The position numbers and the translations under genes were made by a program. Below are positions 9,445 through 19,270 of a DNA stretch of 64,000 nt, in pieces. The notes beneath the pieces are model-generated. The model was not told the DNA's origin, searched no databases, and was given only the letters and a program-made list of their open reading frames with translations. Position 1 is the first letter of the stretch; each line of letters opens with the position of its first letter. The stretch spans positions 224,001-288,000 of the forward strand of contig JAJYUZ010000002.1 of NCBI GenBank assembly GCA_021792255.1, written 5' to 3'. Source of the stretch: Thermoplasmata archaeon. GTDB lineage: Archaea > Thermoplasmatota > Thermoplasmata > Thermoplasmatales > GCA-001856825.

Positions 9445-10740
9445 TTAAAGTTGTCCCTCCCTCGAAATATCGATTTCATCTGCCCTTGTCTTCATAATGT
9501 TTCTGAATTTAGCTACGTCTTTTGGCATGGTGAATATAAGCATTGTAAACACTATGCCGCACACCACCCAGGTCAGAGAACTGATGACAGTAATCGCATA
9601 CTGCAAAGAAATCGCCGTGGCTATAACTCCAGCCAAAAATGGCCCTACTGAGCTTCCCGCGCTCCCGAAAAAATTGAGATAAGCAGTTGCACTCCCCCTA
9701 AGTTCAGGCTCCGTTATGTCCATCACTGCTGCATTCACGCTGGGTCCAGCCATTGGTATTTCGAAGGCGGTAAAAATTCCAAGCACAAAAAATCCTCCGA
9801 AAGTAGGAGAATACATTGTAAGATAGATAAGAAGTGCAGACATGAAGACGACTACCGCACCAAGAATTGCCCTTCCGCTTGGAGTCTTTTTGAACAAATA
9901 ATCGCTCAAATATCCTGAAACGACATTTCCCGCAACCATCGCGAGTATCCATACCAACATGACTATTGTTATAGTGAAATCTGAAAGGCCCCTCCCCAGC
10001 GTCATGTACGTTATGATCCAAAAGCTGATGGTAAACCAAGGGAAAACTCCGAAAAACCCCTGAATGAACAGGAGAAGCAGAGATCTGTTCTTCAGAATCT
10101 TCCACAGATCCGATAGTTTTACCTTGTATATATCCGAAGTGAGTTTACCCTCAAGTTCTGGTTCAGCAGCTCCTCGAGGGACTTCTTTGACCAGCAGAAA
10201 TATCAGGACTCCAATCACGATACTTAGCCCCGCGGTGATAAAGAAGGAGTATCTCCAATTTAATCCGAGTCCAATTATTGTGAGAGGTATGATGATCCCA
10301 AGAAGATATCCTATCGGACTCGCTGCATTTATGAATCCCATTGCCCTTCCCCTGCTCTTGGGTCCAAAATAATCGGCAGTGAGAGTGTAGACGCCGGAAG
10401 GGGTAGGATAACCAATGGCGGTGAACATCCTGGTTATGAAGAATTGCGAGAAGACTCCAGAAAGTGCGTTTAGCCAAGTACTCGACCCAAGGAGTAAAGC
10501 TAGGAGACCGGTGAGAAATTTCCTCGAATATTTATCGTACCAGTATCCCCATAATGGGTAAAGAAGAGTTGATATTATGAGAGTGACGGAAAAAAGGAGA
10601 CCCAAAGTGACGTAGCTTACGTGAAATTCCCGGATCAGCTCCGGGTTTACCGCAGAAATAATGTACGTGTCAGCAGCCTGTATAACTAGAAAGGCTGATA
10701 AAACAGCAACGACCAACCATTTGTATCTGCCCTTGTCCAT
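9445..10740 (-). CDS. MFS transporter
   Basis: 12 TM, G...DKYSRK motif A, RG.A.G repeats in both halves. Confidence 0.9.
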   Translation of the reverse strand: MDKGRYKWLVVAVLSAFLVIQAADTYIISAVNPELIREFHVSYVTLGLLFSVTLIISTLLYPLWGYWYDKYSRKFLTGLLALLLGSSTWLNALSGVFSQFFITRMFTAIGYPTPSGVYTLTADYFGPKSRGRAMGFINAASPIGYLLGIIIPLTIIGLGLNWRYSFFITAGLSIVIGVLIFLLVKEVPRGAAEPELEGKLTSDIYKVKLSDLWKILKNRSLLLLFIQGFFGVFPWFTISFWIITYMTLGRGLSDFTITIVMLVWILAMVAGNVVSGYLSDYLFKKTPSGRAILGAVVVFMSALLIYLTMYSPTFGGFFVLGIFTAFEIPMAGPSVNAAVMDITEPELRGSATAYLNFFGSAGSSVGPFLAGVIATAISLQYAITVISSLTWVVCGIVFTMLIFTMPKDVAKFRNIMKTRADEIDISREGQL

Positions 10741-10831
10741 TCCTCTGTATATTTTTTAGCCAGTATAAACTCTTTTTTATGAAATCTTCAGGATTTGTTC
10801 AGAACATTGACTTTCTGACATACCAAGAACA

Positions 10832-11224
10832 TTGAAAGCGCAATACATTCTTATAAATAAAGGGAATATAAAGGAGGTCAGCTTGCCAATTCAATACATC
10901 AAAGATAGTTTCAAGAAAATTGGAGAGCGAGAAATAGAATTCAAGATAAAGAACACAGAGGGTTCTGCAAGAGTCAGTGTATCGCCTTCTATATTCCTAG
11001 ATGATGTGGACGTCACCAGTCAAACTTCGATCGGTACAAAAGATGGGGGATTCATGAAAATCGAACAGAACATGGACTTGAACGTTCTCCTAGGAGGCTC
11101 AATTACACTCAGAGCGACGCTGGAAAAACCAATTGAAAAAGGGAGCCATATGGTAAAGGTTGACATAAAAGTGAACTGGCCGCTATGGACCAGTTTTGTC
11201 TCTGAATTCAAGATAAAAGCGTGA
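10832..11224 (+). CDS. Hypothetical protein (beta-rich, soluble)
   Basis: 130 aa ORF filling the gap between the MFS and GH4 genes; TTG start; no family recognised. Confidence 0.6.
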   Translation: MKAQYILINKGNIKEVSLPIQYIKDSFKKIGEREIEFKIKNTEGSARVSVSPSIFLDDVDVTSQTSIGTKDGGFMKIEQNMDLNVLLGGSITLRATLEKPIEKGSHMVKVDIKVNWPLWTSFVSEFKIKA

Positions 11225-11227
11225 ACT

Positions 11228-12601
11228 TTACCTAAAGTGTTTTGCCATTGACTCGTTCTCGTCCAACAAAAGCAGGGCATTCACCACTTGCTCTGCCTGT
11301 TCATCATTTTTCGTACGAGGATCAGCCATCAACCACTCGAGCATTGTTTCTTTCCCCCCCTCCAGGAATGCTTCTAACGTCCATTCCATTCTTTGGACTC
11401 TGGGGCGTATTGAAAAATTCAATATCCTTATAGGAAGTCTCTTCCCAGTTTCAGCGTGGATTCCCCTTTTATCCAACAGTGCCGGCACCTCGACTGCAAC
11501 ATCGTCCGGGATGCCTTCGATTTTGCCTTTATTCATTACGTTTACCTGATGTGTACCTCCGACATCACTGCTCAGTGAGGTTATAAGAGGTACCACCGGT
11601 TCGTTACTGATGCCAGCCGGGAAGAGACGATAAAGGGGGGCAGCAGCGTTTTCCAATGCATTCTTAATCATGCTAATGTTCCTATCTTCCATATCAAGAT
11701 AAAATTTCCATCCTTCAGGAGAATCAAAGCCACCCGCTCGCCCGTACCACCTCATCTTTGTCTTTAGATTTCTGTGGTACTTCCATGTACCGCTCCTTAC
11801 CGTATCGCCTACAGGGACCAGTCCGTATTCCTTGTACATATCCACCATTGCTGGGGACATCTGCATGCCGAGTGGGTTTGACTTCGATGCTTTCAACCAG
11901 TCTTTGTAAAATGACCGATATTCTTTGTCTATCCACTCATTGAAAATTGGATACGCATCCTCTTTTCCTCTTTTGAATCTGGTCATCCAAATGGTGTGAT
12001 TCAGACCAATTGATTCGACCTCCATATCGTTTTCATTGAGTCGTAAGGAACCTACGATGTCCCTGTAGTCCAGATGGCCATGGCACACGCCTACCAAATT
12101 TAACCTCATTTGTCTTCCTATGAGGGTTGTAAGCTCGAAAACGGGATTTGAAAGTTGTATGAGCCAAGAACTGGGGCTCAACGACTCTACGTCTTCGGCT
12201 ATATCCATAGCCAATTTGAACTGATAATAACCCCATATGGTGTGGTAGTCGGAGACCATGTTCCACTCCACGCTATTTATTCCCCTAAAATAGCCAAACT
12301 TTTCCGAAATTGTCCTCATTTTTTCATAATATTGGTGTCCCCCAGCCATTGCAACATTTAGTACAAAATCTGAGTCTCGTATTGCCTCTCTCCTATCCGT
12401 GGTCTTGTAGAATTTGATATCGAACCTTACCTCCGAAGAGTACCTAACGGCAAAATGGTAAATGGTGTCAAGGCGCTCTTTGTCTACGTCCATCAAGTAA
12501 ATTTTGCTTCCTCTCATCTCGGGAGTCAAACAAAGATCGTGAATCAAAGTCGAACTCCAAAACAGGCTACCTGCCCCGATAATCGCAATTTTTAAAGTCA
12601 T
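11228..12601 (-). CDS. Family 4 glycoside hydrolase (NAD+/Mn2+-dependent alpha-glycosidase)
   Basis: KIAIIGAGS, SNPV, GVCHG, GLNH, .VEVPA. Confidence 0.92.
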   Translation of the reverse strand: MTLKIAIIGAGSLFWSSTLIHDLCLTPEMRGSKIYLMDVDKERLDTIYHFAVRYSSEVRFDIKFYKTTDRREAIRDSDFVLNVAMAGGHQYYEKMRTISEKFGYFRGINSVEWNMVSDYHTIWGYYQFKLAMDIAEDVESLSPSSWLIQLSNPVFELTTLIGRQMRLNLVGVCHGHLDYRDIVGSLRLNENDMEVESIGLNHTIWMTRFKRGKEDAYPIFNEWIDKEYRSFYKDWLKASKSNPLGMQMSPAMVDMYKEYGLVPVGDTVRSGTWKYHRNLKTKMRWYGRAGGFDSPEGWKFYLDMEDRNISMIKNALENAAAPLYRLFPAGISNEPVVPLITSLSSDVGGTHQVNVMNKGKIEGIPDDVAVEVPALLDKRGIHAETGKRLPIRILNFSIRPRVQRMEWTLEAFLEGGKETMLEWLMADPRTKNDEQAEQVVNALLLLDENESMAKHFR

Positions 12602-12792
12602 TCTCTACCACCTTCTTCGATCGTCCTCTCTTTCCGATCAACTCGCACACTAAACGTCGTCCCTCTTTCAAGTGATGCCTTTGAGGTCACTTGAATTCTA
12701 ATCAGATCTTCAGGCGATGCTAGAATGAGTGTGTCTTCGCTCTGTTTAGCGTCTGCAAACCAAATTTCGTCATTTGTACCGCCTGCGCTCAT
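12598..12792 (-). CDS. Small hypothetical protein coupled to the GH4 gene
   Basis: 64 aa ORF with ATGA overlap to the GH4 start. Confidence 0.4.
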   Translation of the reverse strand: MSAGGTNDEIWFADAKQSEDTLILASPEDLIRIQVTSKASLERGTTFSVRVDRKERTIEEGGRE

Positions 12793-13020
12793 TGTATTTC
12801 AATTTCTTTTTATTTGATATTCTTTTTCCTCGAGAGATCTAGGCGCTGAGAAAGATCAGAAAGTCCTAGTGGAAAGATTCAACAGCGCTTATATGTATGC
12901 TGTTCGGGAGAGACTTATAAAAAACGAATACAAGTGGCTCATTTCGAGACAGAATGCGGTTCACATCTTGGGCTATTCAAACCAACAATCGCCTCCTGCA
13001 TCATACATAAGAATCGCTCG

Positions 13021-14451
13021 CTAATCTATTGGAAGTCCCTTACAGATTCGTTCGTAGGTCTCTGCTGAATTTCTCTTCCTTCTCTCCTTCGTGCGATAAT
13101 CCACTTCGTACAGTCCGAATTTCATGGAATATCCGCTCGCCCATTCAAAATTGTCGAAAAGAGTCCAGTGGAAATAGCCCTTTACGGGTACTTTGTCTAT
13201 TTCAATAGCTTCCTGGAGAGCCTTCAAATGGTCGACGATATACCTTTTCCTCTTTTGATCGTTCGAATCCGCTATGCCGTTTTCAAGTATGTACAGAGGT
13301 AGTTGGAATCTGTCATATATCCATTTCAAAACTGGTCTCATTCCTTCCGCATAAATATCCCACTTGAAGTCGTTGCAATCCTCACAAGGAAGGACCTTCA
13401 TGGGAAGAGCCCCTGCATACAACTCTTCTTCAGAATATTCTACTCTCATTCTTGTATAGTAGTCAATTCCAATATAATCTGATCCACCGAAATTAGCTAT
13501 CTTCTCATCTGGAGTTCCTGAAAGATTGTTATCAAATTCACCTCTCAACGCAGCATTCAGAATCCATTCGTTGTTGAGGTATCTAGCTGTATTCGCAACC
13601 TCTCTGTCTTTTTCACCGCCAGTTACTGGCTCAAAATATGGGGGGGCGGTTCCAATTCCTACCTCTTTGCCCGTGTATTTCTTGAGTGTCCTGAATCCCA
13701 AATTATGGGCGAATGCGAGATTTCTTTCTACTCTAAATGCCAATGGTATATTCTCGAGTCCGGGAGGAAAACCTGCGCTCTTACCGAAAACGTAGCCGTT
13801 CGTAGCGATAACCTCTGGTTCGTTTATTGTCTCCCAAGCATCGACCTTTGTACCTAGGGTCTCTGAAACAAAATAGGAATATTTTGCGAATTCCTCAACA
13901 GTTTTGATGTCAAGCCATCCTCTTTCCTTCGCATTATCTAGGTCTCTGTGACACTTTACCGGCCTATGAAGCCATAATGGAAGAGGCCAGTGATACAGAG
14001 TCATAAACACCTTTAATCCGATGGAATGAGCATAATCTATCATTTTCTTATAGTGATCCAAGGCGTCTCGGTTCGCCGTCGACTTAAGTTGGCTGAGAGT
14101 AGTTCCAGTAGGTGAAAAACTCAGGGGTTCTCCTTTCTCATTTCTCTTGAACTGTCCATCCACAGCAGAGGTATCATCGCTGAATATCCTGGCCCACTCA
14201 ATACTCATTCTTAGGGAGTCATTTCCAAGAGACTTTGCCAGTCTCATATCCTCCTCATACAGATCCCAGAAACCATCTCCTTCTTGCGGCTTATCCCCAG
14301 AGACCAGACCTTCCTTGATGATTTCTTCACTGTTCGTCCATTCAAACCAATCTGTCCCACCAAAGTTGGAGGCTTCAGAGCTTCCCATTTCAGTCTGAAA
14401 TGCTGAAATTGCAGTTCCCCAGCTAAATCCCTTCGGAAACTTCAGTTCCAT
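13021..14451 (-). CDS. Family 1 glycoside hydrolase (beta-glycosidase)
   Basis: FP.GF.WG.A..AFQ.E, INEP acid/base, ENG nucleophile, DNFEWASG. Confidence 0.95.
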   Translation of the reverse strand: MELKFPKGFSWGTAISAFQTEMGSSEASNFGGTDWFEWTNSEEIIKEGLVSGDKPQEGDGFWDLYEEDMRLAKSLGNDSLRMSIEWARIFSDDTSAVDGQFKRNEKGEPLSFSPTGTTLSQLKSTANRDALDHYKKMIDYAHSIGLKVFMTLYHWPLPLWLHRPVKCHRDLDNAKERGWLDIKTVEEFAKYSYFVSETLGTKVDAWETINEPEVIATNGYVFGKSAGFPPGLENIPLAFRVERNLAFAHNLGFRTLKKYTGKEVGIGTAPPYFEPVTGGEKDREVANTARYLNNEWILNAALRGEFDNNLSGTPDEKIANFGGSDYIGIDYYTRMRVEYSEEELYAGALPMKVLPCEDCNDFKWDIYAEGMRPVLKWIYDRFQLPLYILENGIADSNDQKRKRYIVDHLKALQEAIEIDKVPVKGYFHWTLFDNFEWASGYSMKFGLYEVDYRTKERRKRNSAETYERICKGLPID

Positions 14452-14584
14452 AGAACTCAATTCCTTTCAATGATATGAAATTGTTTCAAAGATGGAGATA
14501 GCTCTCGTGATACGAGTGGGGTCGGAAAGAGGGGTTGTTTAATGCAGCATTCACGATATCACTGATGTCAACTTTCTCCGAGAT

Positions 14585-16165
14585 TTATTTTCCTGACCGA
14601 CTCATTAGTGCTCGAACAAGGAACGCAGAAGAACCCGGAAAGTGGATGCCTGTGTGACATTTCCCATCGTTTTCGTCTATCGTCTCACAGCTAAGTCCAT
14701 CATCTAGCGGTATCCCTTCCAATATGTTTTTGTCGGTCAGACCAGACAGCACCTCAGTAACGTAAGAATGAACCCATGGGTGTTTGACGTGTCTGTTACC
14801 GATGCCAGAGAATCTTCCTTCTACCTTGTACTCATTCTTGTTTGATTTGATCCAGTCAAAGGTATTCTTGAATATTCTCGACTCTCTATCGACGAATCCC
14901 AGAAATGGAAGGAGGAGTAGAGAACCGGTGGGATCATCGTAAAACTCGTTGTTTCCATTCAAATCAGTGGAATAGCAGAACATTTCATTGCTTACCATCT
15001 CTTTCATAATGTCTTCTCTTATCTTGTCGGAGTACTCCAGGTACGACTTGTCCAAAAGAAGTTCCTTGATTCTAGCCCCATACGTCCTCATTGAGTACCA
15101 TAGCGCAACGTTATTGAACGTAACATAGGGATAAGTCACGGGGTCATCAGAGCTGTTAAGGTCAGTACTGTATAAGTGGTATTGATCACTCTTCCTTGTA
15201 ATAAGCGCATCCATCAAATGACTTGCCCGCACAACGGAGTCTTCAGGTTCAATCACTTTATGGGCAATTGCCCTCTCGAGAGCAATGAAATAGTATGACA
15301 GCTGATCGAGCTCAAAACCATCGTACAAAATTCTACCGTCCAGATAGAGTGCGTGCGTACCCTTGTGATTCCAATATTTCTTCAGCAGCAAAGAGAGTAG
15401 TTCTTTGGCTCTGGCTGTATCATATCTCTCTATTATCGGTAGAACCCAGAAGACGAAATCCCTAGCCCAGAACCCACTAGACACATAATATTTTGGACTC
15501 TTTGAAGCCATTATGCAGTTGTCCTCCTTGTCTATGAAGATTGAGTTTGAGTTGAAGATTGACATCAGGATATTGTCTCTTGTGACCTTGTCCTTTACTC
15601 CGTTGAATCTATCCATGAATTTGTTCGTCTCTGTTTCAAGACTATTCACTCCAATTCTTGAAAGATGTATGGTGTTCAGAACTGCTCTATCTGGTGTGTC
15701 TCCGATGCCGATAAAATAGCCATTTTCGTCCCTTCTGAACGCAATAGAAGGAGTGCCGTTCCCTGTAGCGACGTAGTAGGCTGGAGAATCTGACCAATTT
15801 ACCTTCAAGGTCTCAACGGTCATTGGTATCTCCCAAAATATCTTGTAATAGGCCTCAACCTTCAACTTTCTAAATACTGGAGTACCAATGAAAAAACCGG
15901 GTCTATAAGGAGGTACGATTATTTTCACATCTTTTTCTTTCGAACAATTTTCGATCCACCCTACCCCTCTAAAGTCGTTTTCGGAGATGAATCTGCTAAT
16001 CTTGAAGCACACAAGTGAGGATGCGCTTTCAATCGGGAAACACAGCTCAAGTGTCCCACCTCGAAGGACGATGGAAAGGAAATAATTGGCAGTCACTCTA
16101 TAATTCTGTTCAACGACGCTATCTGGAGACGTTACCACCATTCTTCTGGAAAAGTTATAACTCAA
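14585..16165 (-). CDS. (alpha/alpha)6-barrel glycoside hydrolase, GH125-like
   Basis: W.RD, FELD, SDDP, DDP.GSLLLLPFLG resemble GH125 motifs. Confidence 0.65.
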   Translation of the reverse strand: MSYNFSRRMVVTSPDSVVEQNYRVTANYFLSIVLRGGTLELCFPIESASSLVCFKISRFISENDFRGVGWIENCSKEKDVKIIVPPYRPGFFIGTPVFRKLKVEAYYKIFWEIPMTVETLKVNWSDSPAYYVATGNGTPSIAFRRDENGYFIGIGDTPDRAVLNTIHLSRIGVNSLETETNKFMDRFNGVKDKVTRDNILMSIFNSNSIFIDKEDNCIMASKSPKYYVSSGFWARDFVFWVLPIIERYDTARAKELLSLLLKKYWNHKGTHALYLDGRILYDGFELDQLSYYFIALERAIAHKVIEPEDSVVRASHLMDALITRKSDQYHLYSTDLNSSDDPVTYPYVTFNNVALWYSMRTYGARIKELLLDKSYLEYSDKIREDIMKEMVSNEMFCYSTDLNGNNEFYDDPTGSLLLLPFLGFVDRESRIFKNTFDWIKSNKNEYKVEGRFSGIGNRHVKHPWVHSYVTEVLSGLTDKNILEGIPLDDGLSCETIDENDGKCHTGIHFPGSSAFLVRALMSRSGK

Positions 16166-17141
16166 TTTCTATCACTCCCTCTTCGTACTTCAGTAATTTA
16201 TCGGAAACCGATTCTCTATCAACACCTTCTCTCACATCATATCCCGGAATACTTAGTATTGATTGGAACCCGGTCGATGGTAGATTTCCGATATAAGACA
16301 TCTTTGTATCTGTCTCTTCCGCCTTCTTAGTTATGCTCGACTGTCCCTCAAATCTTACTTCAAACAGATCGCCAACCATCATCGGATTAATGACGTATCC
16401 GACCTTACCAATTCTCTGAGCTATGTAATAAGCAGAGTCCATCCATTCTTCTGGTTGCCATCTTCCGTTACCGAGTACACAATTCCACTTTCCTGGGTTT
16501 GCATCCGGCTGGATAATAATGTCAGCATCTTCTAATCTTGATAGATATTGAGGCATAAAGGCGTCCAGACTGATGGCAATACCAATATTTTTACTACCGA
16601 GCTTGAAGGGAGTTGTCTGTGAAATTTTTCCTCTAGATATTCCAAGATCTAACTCCATCGAAGTAAGAAAGACCTTATCCTGTTTAAACAAAAGCTTTCC
16701 TGAAGTACCGAACACAAAGGCTGAATTGTAAACCCTTGCTTCAGTAAATTCCCCACTTTCTCCTTTCCTTAAGAACGGGGGCATGTTGTTACACGAAAGG
16801 GTGTAAACGGAATATTTCCTGGATAGTGAACTGAACAAATCGTAGAATTCACTAATGAACTTGCTGGTAAGGGACAAGAATATTGCAGATGTGAAATTTT
16901 GAATCTCTTTCTCCGTTGCAATAGCGTTGATCACATCTTGATTTCTCGAATATAGAACCCGCATAGCCTCGACGGTAGAGTGGGCAGTCAAGCCTGAGAA
17001 GGCAGTCAAAAGTCCTATGTCTTCAGGAAATATTATAAAATCCCCGGGATCAGTTTTCCTGTAAAAATTTTCGACGTGAGCTGAGAAGTTTTCCTTGAAA
17101 TCGTTGTCGTTAATTTCAAATTGGACCCCAATTAACCGCAC
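16155..17141 (-). CDS. Carbon-nitrogen hydrolase (nitrilase superfamily) with Ser at the nucleophile position
   Basis: IFPE, YNSA, QDK, IGIAISLDAF, F.GQS. Confidence 0.8.
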   Translation of the reverse strand: MRLIGVQFEINDNDFKENFSAHVENFYRKTDPGDFIIFPEDIGLLTAFSGLTAHSTVEAMRVLYSRNQDVINAIATEKEIQNFTSAIFLSLTSKFISEFYDLFSSLSRKYSVYTLSCNNMPPFLRKGESGEFTEARVYNSAFVFGTSGKLLFKQDKVFLTSMELDLGISRGKISQTTPFKLGSKNIGIAISLDAFMPQYLSRLEDADIIIQPDANPGKWNCVLGNGRWQPEEWMDSAYYIAQRIGKVGYVINPMMVGDLFEVRFEGQSSITKKAEETDTKMSYIGNLPSTGFQSILSIPGYDVREGVDRESVSDKLLKYEEGVIEIEL

Positions 17142-17198
17142 AATTAATATGTCATTCAGAATTTAAATACTTTCTTGATGCGATCAAATGGAATGTGA

Positions 17199-18158
17199 TC
17201 ATTTTACGACTTTCGAAAGCTTTGAAGGTTTATCTGGGTTAAGACCGCGATAAATTGACGAGTAGTAGGCGAATAACTGTCCAAATATCAATAAAAGAAT
17301 TGACCAGGTTACTTCGTTAATTTTTGATATTCCATATTCCTCTTTCATAAAATCAGTAACATCCAACACACTTTTCGCATATTGGTTTAGATCCTTTTCC
17401 ACCTTGTTGTCTCTAGAAAACATGAAGACCGACCAGTTCTTATCAAGGATCTGTTTCGGGCCATGGAGGAATTCCCTGGTAGGGAAAGCGTAAGATATCG
17501 CGTTGCTTGTCTCCATTAATTTCAAGGAAGCTTCAAGCGCGACTGGGTAGAGTAATCCTGAGCCAAGAAATACAGTATTCGCGGTCGATCGTTCCGCAAG
17601 GCGTCTGATTGCTGTGTCCTTACTGATAATCATTCCTGCATACCTTTCGATGTCACCCATTAGGGCGTCAAGATTCTCATTCTTTCCATGCAAAGCAATC
17701 TTCAGAGATACAAGTAGCTGCGACAAATGGGACTTTGTAGCAGCAAGGGATTCCTCTTTTCCCACGTCAGTATTTATCTTAAAATCGGATCTCTTGTCTA
17801 GTTCTGAATTCGGAATATTTGTGATACCAATGACTCTTGCCTCAACCCTCTTAAGCTCTTCAACTGAATTTATAGCGTCAACGCTCCCTCCGGATTGGCT
17901 GAATACAATCGCTGCCATTTTAGGTCCCTTCTTGAGAAATAGTTGATCCGTCTCGCTGGAAAAGACTGGAAAGCAGCTCTGTCCAGTTCTGTTAAGAAGG
18001 ATTGATAAATACAATGCTGCGTGATAACTGGTTCCATTACCAACGGCATAAATTACATCGGATTCAGCAAGAATTCTGAGAATATTTTCAAAATTATCAA
18101 ACTCTTTTGCCTTGTAATTTTCTACTATAGCTGATTCTGACCTGATTTCCTCCAGCAT
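17199..18158 (-). CDS. Double-SIS-domain protein, likely isomerizing glucosamine-6-phosphate deaminase (GlmD-like)
   Basis: GNGTSYHA, SQSG, E..LAATKS, E..LKL.E, EFLHGP, NPDKP.KLSKVV; no glutaminase domain. Confidence 0.8.
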   Translation of the reverse strand: MLEEIRSESAIVENYKAKEFDNFENILRILAESDVIYAVGNGTSYHAALYLSILLNRTGQSCFPVFSSETDQLFLKKGPKMAAIVFSQSGGSVDAINSVEELKRVEARVIGITNIPNSELDKRSDFKINTDVGKEESLAATKSHLSQLLVSLKIALHGKNENLDALMGDIERYAGMIISKDTAIRRLAERSTANTVFLGSGLLYPVALEASLKLMETSNAISYAFPTREFLHGPKQILDKNWSVFMFSRDNKVEKDLNQYAKSVLDVTDFMKEEYGISKINEVTWSILLLIFGQLFAYYSSIYRGLNPDKPSKLSKVVK

Positions 18159-18517
18159 GAAATGCATGAGAACTGAATTTGCTTCTTCTTATATTCCTTT
18201 CCTTCTATGACACTTTTGCTCCTCATATATTCTTTAAAAATATGTCCGAATAGTCTCCTTTCTATGCTTTCTGACGGGTACCTGGATTTGCACTCATTAT
18301 ATGACAACTCACACCAAGGCAGTGACCAAAAGTCACCATTTCAATTTGAAAAACGCGTGCTGCGCTAACTAATATAAATTCGCATAAGAACTTAGCATCA
18401 AAAGCTCACTCTCCAGCTCAATGATAAGAAATTCTCAAGAGATATGCTCGCCAAGAGCCATTTAGGCAGACTGAAATTCAAGTAAGGTTTAAATTATTTC
18501 GTCTTTTTCATATTTAG

Positions 18518-19270
18518 ATGGATTTTTCTGAATACCTGAGAAAAATTGAATTAGATGACACACGGAAAAATCTACTACTACAATCGAAAAGAATAGTGAC
18601 ATTTGCTCCCCATCCCGATGACAACGAACTGATCGCAGGAGGTTTTATTGCGAGTAAAATTCGGGAGGGGTCAGAGTTTTTTCTGATTGTAGCGAGTGAT
18701 GGAAGGAAGGGTAGTAAGTCAATAGGGGAAGAAGAGTTGAAAGAGATCAGAAAGAAGGAGCAGGAGAGTGCACTGGCAGTACTAGGCTCAAATAACATCA
18801 GATTCCTTGGTTACAAAGATTCAGAGGTACCGCAACCTTCTCTTTTGAGAAATGATGTGATCAAGATAATTCGTGAACTCTCACCAGACTTAGTCATAAC
18901 AGTCGATCCCTACCTTCTCTACGAATCACATCCAGATCACGTCAACGTGGGCATGGCAGTACTCCAGTCCGTACTCTTTGAAGAATTTCCAAATATTGGA
19001 GAAGGGAAAACAGTCAAGAGCCCTAATGTTGCCTTGGGCTTTACGTACAACCCTAACGTGATTCTTGACTGTACAGGTACAATGGATAAGAAGATTTTAG
19101 CAATAAAAGCCCATAAGTCCCAGTTTACGGATGATTCTTCTATCGATTTGGTCAAAGGGATTTCTGCTCTCTATGGTCATAGGGTGGGAGCTCAATTCGC
19201 AGAACCATTCAGGGTGCTACTTCCTCACGAATTGCACATCAATATTCTAGGAGGGATGAATCCATGGTAG
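18518..19270 (+). CDS. PIG-L family deacetylase (diacetylchitobiose deacetylase-like)
   Basis: PHPDD and HPDH zinc motifs, DP...YE.HPDH, H.SQF. Confidence 0.88.
   Translation: MDFSEYLRKIELDDTRKNLLLQSKRIVTFAPHPDDNELIAGGFIASKIREGSEFFLIVASDGRKGSKSIGEEELKEIRKKEQESALAVLGSNNIRFLGYKDSEVPQPSLLRNDVIKIIRELSPDLVITVDPYLLYESHPDHVNVGMAVLQSVLFEEFPNIGEGKTVKSPNVALGFTYNPNVILDCTGTMDKKILAIKAHKSQFTDDSSIDLVKGISALYGHRVGAQFAEPFRVLLPHELHINILGGMNPW

Noticed and set aside
12838-13024. About 60 open codons on the + strand between the GH4 and GH1 operons
   Set aside because: No recognisable family and no good start context.
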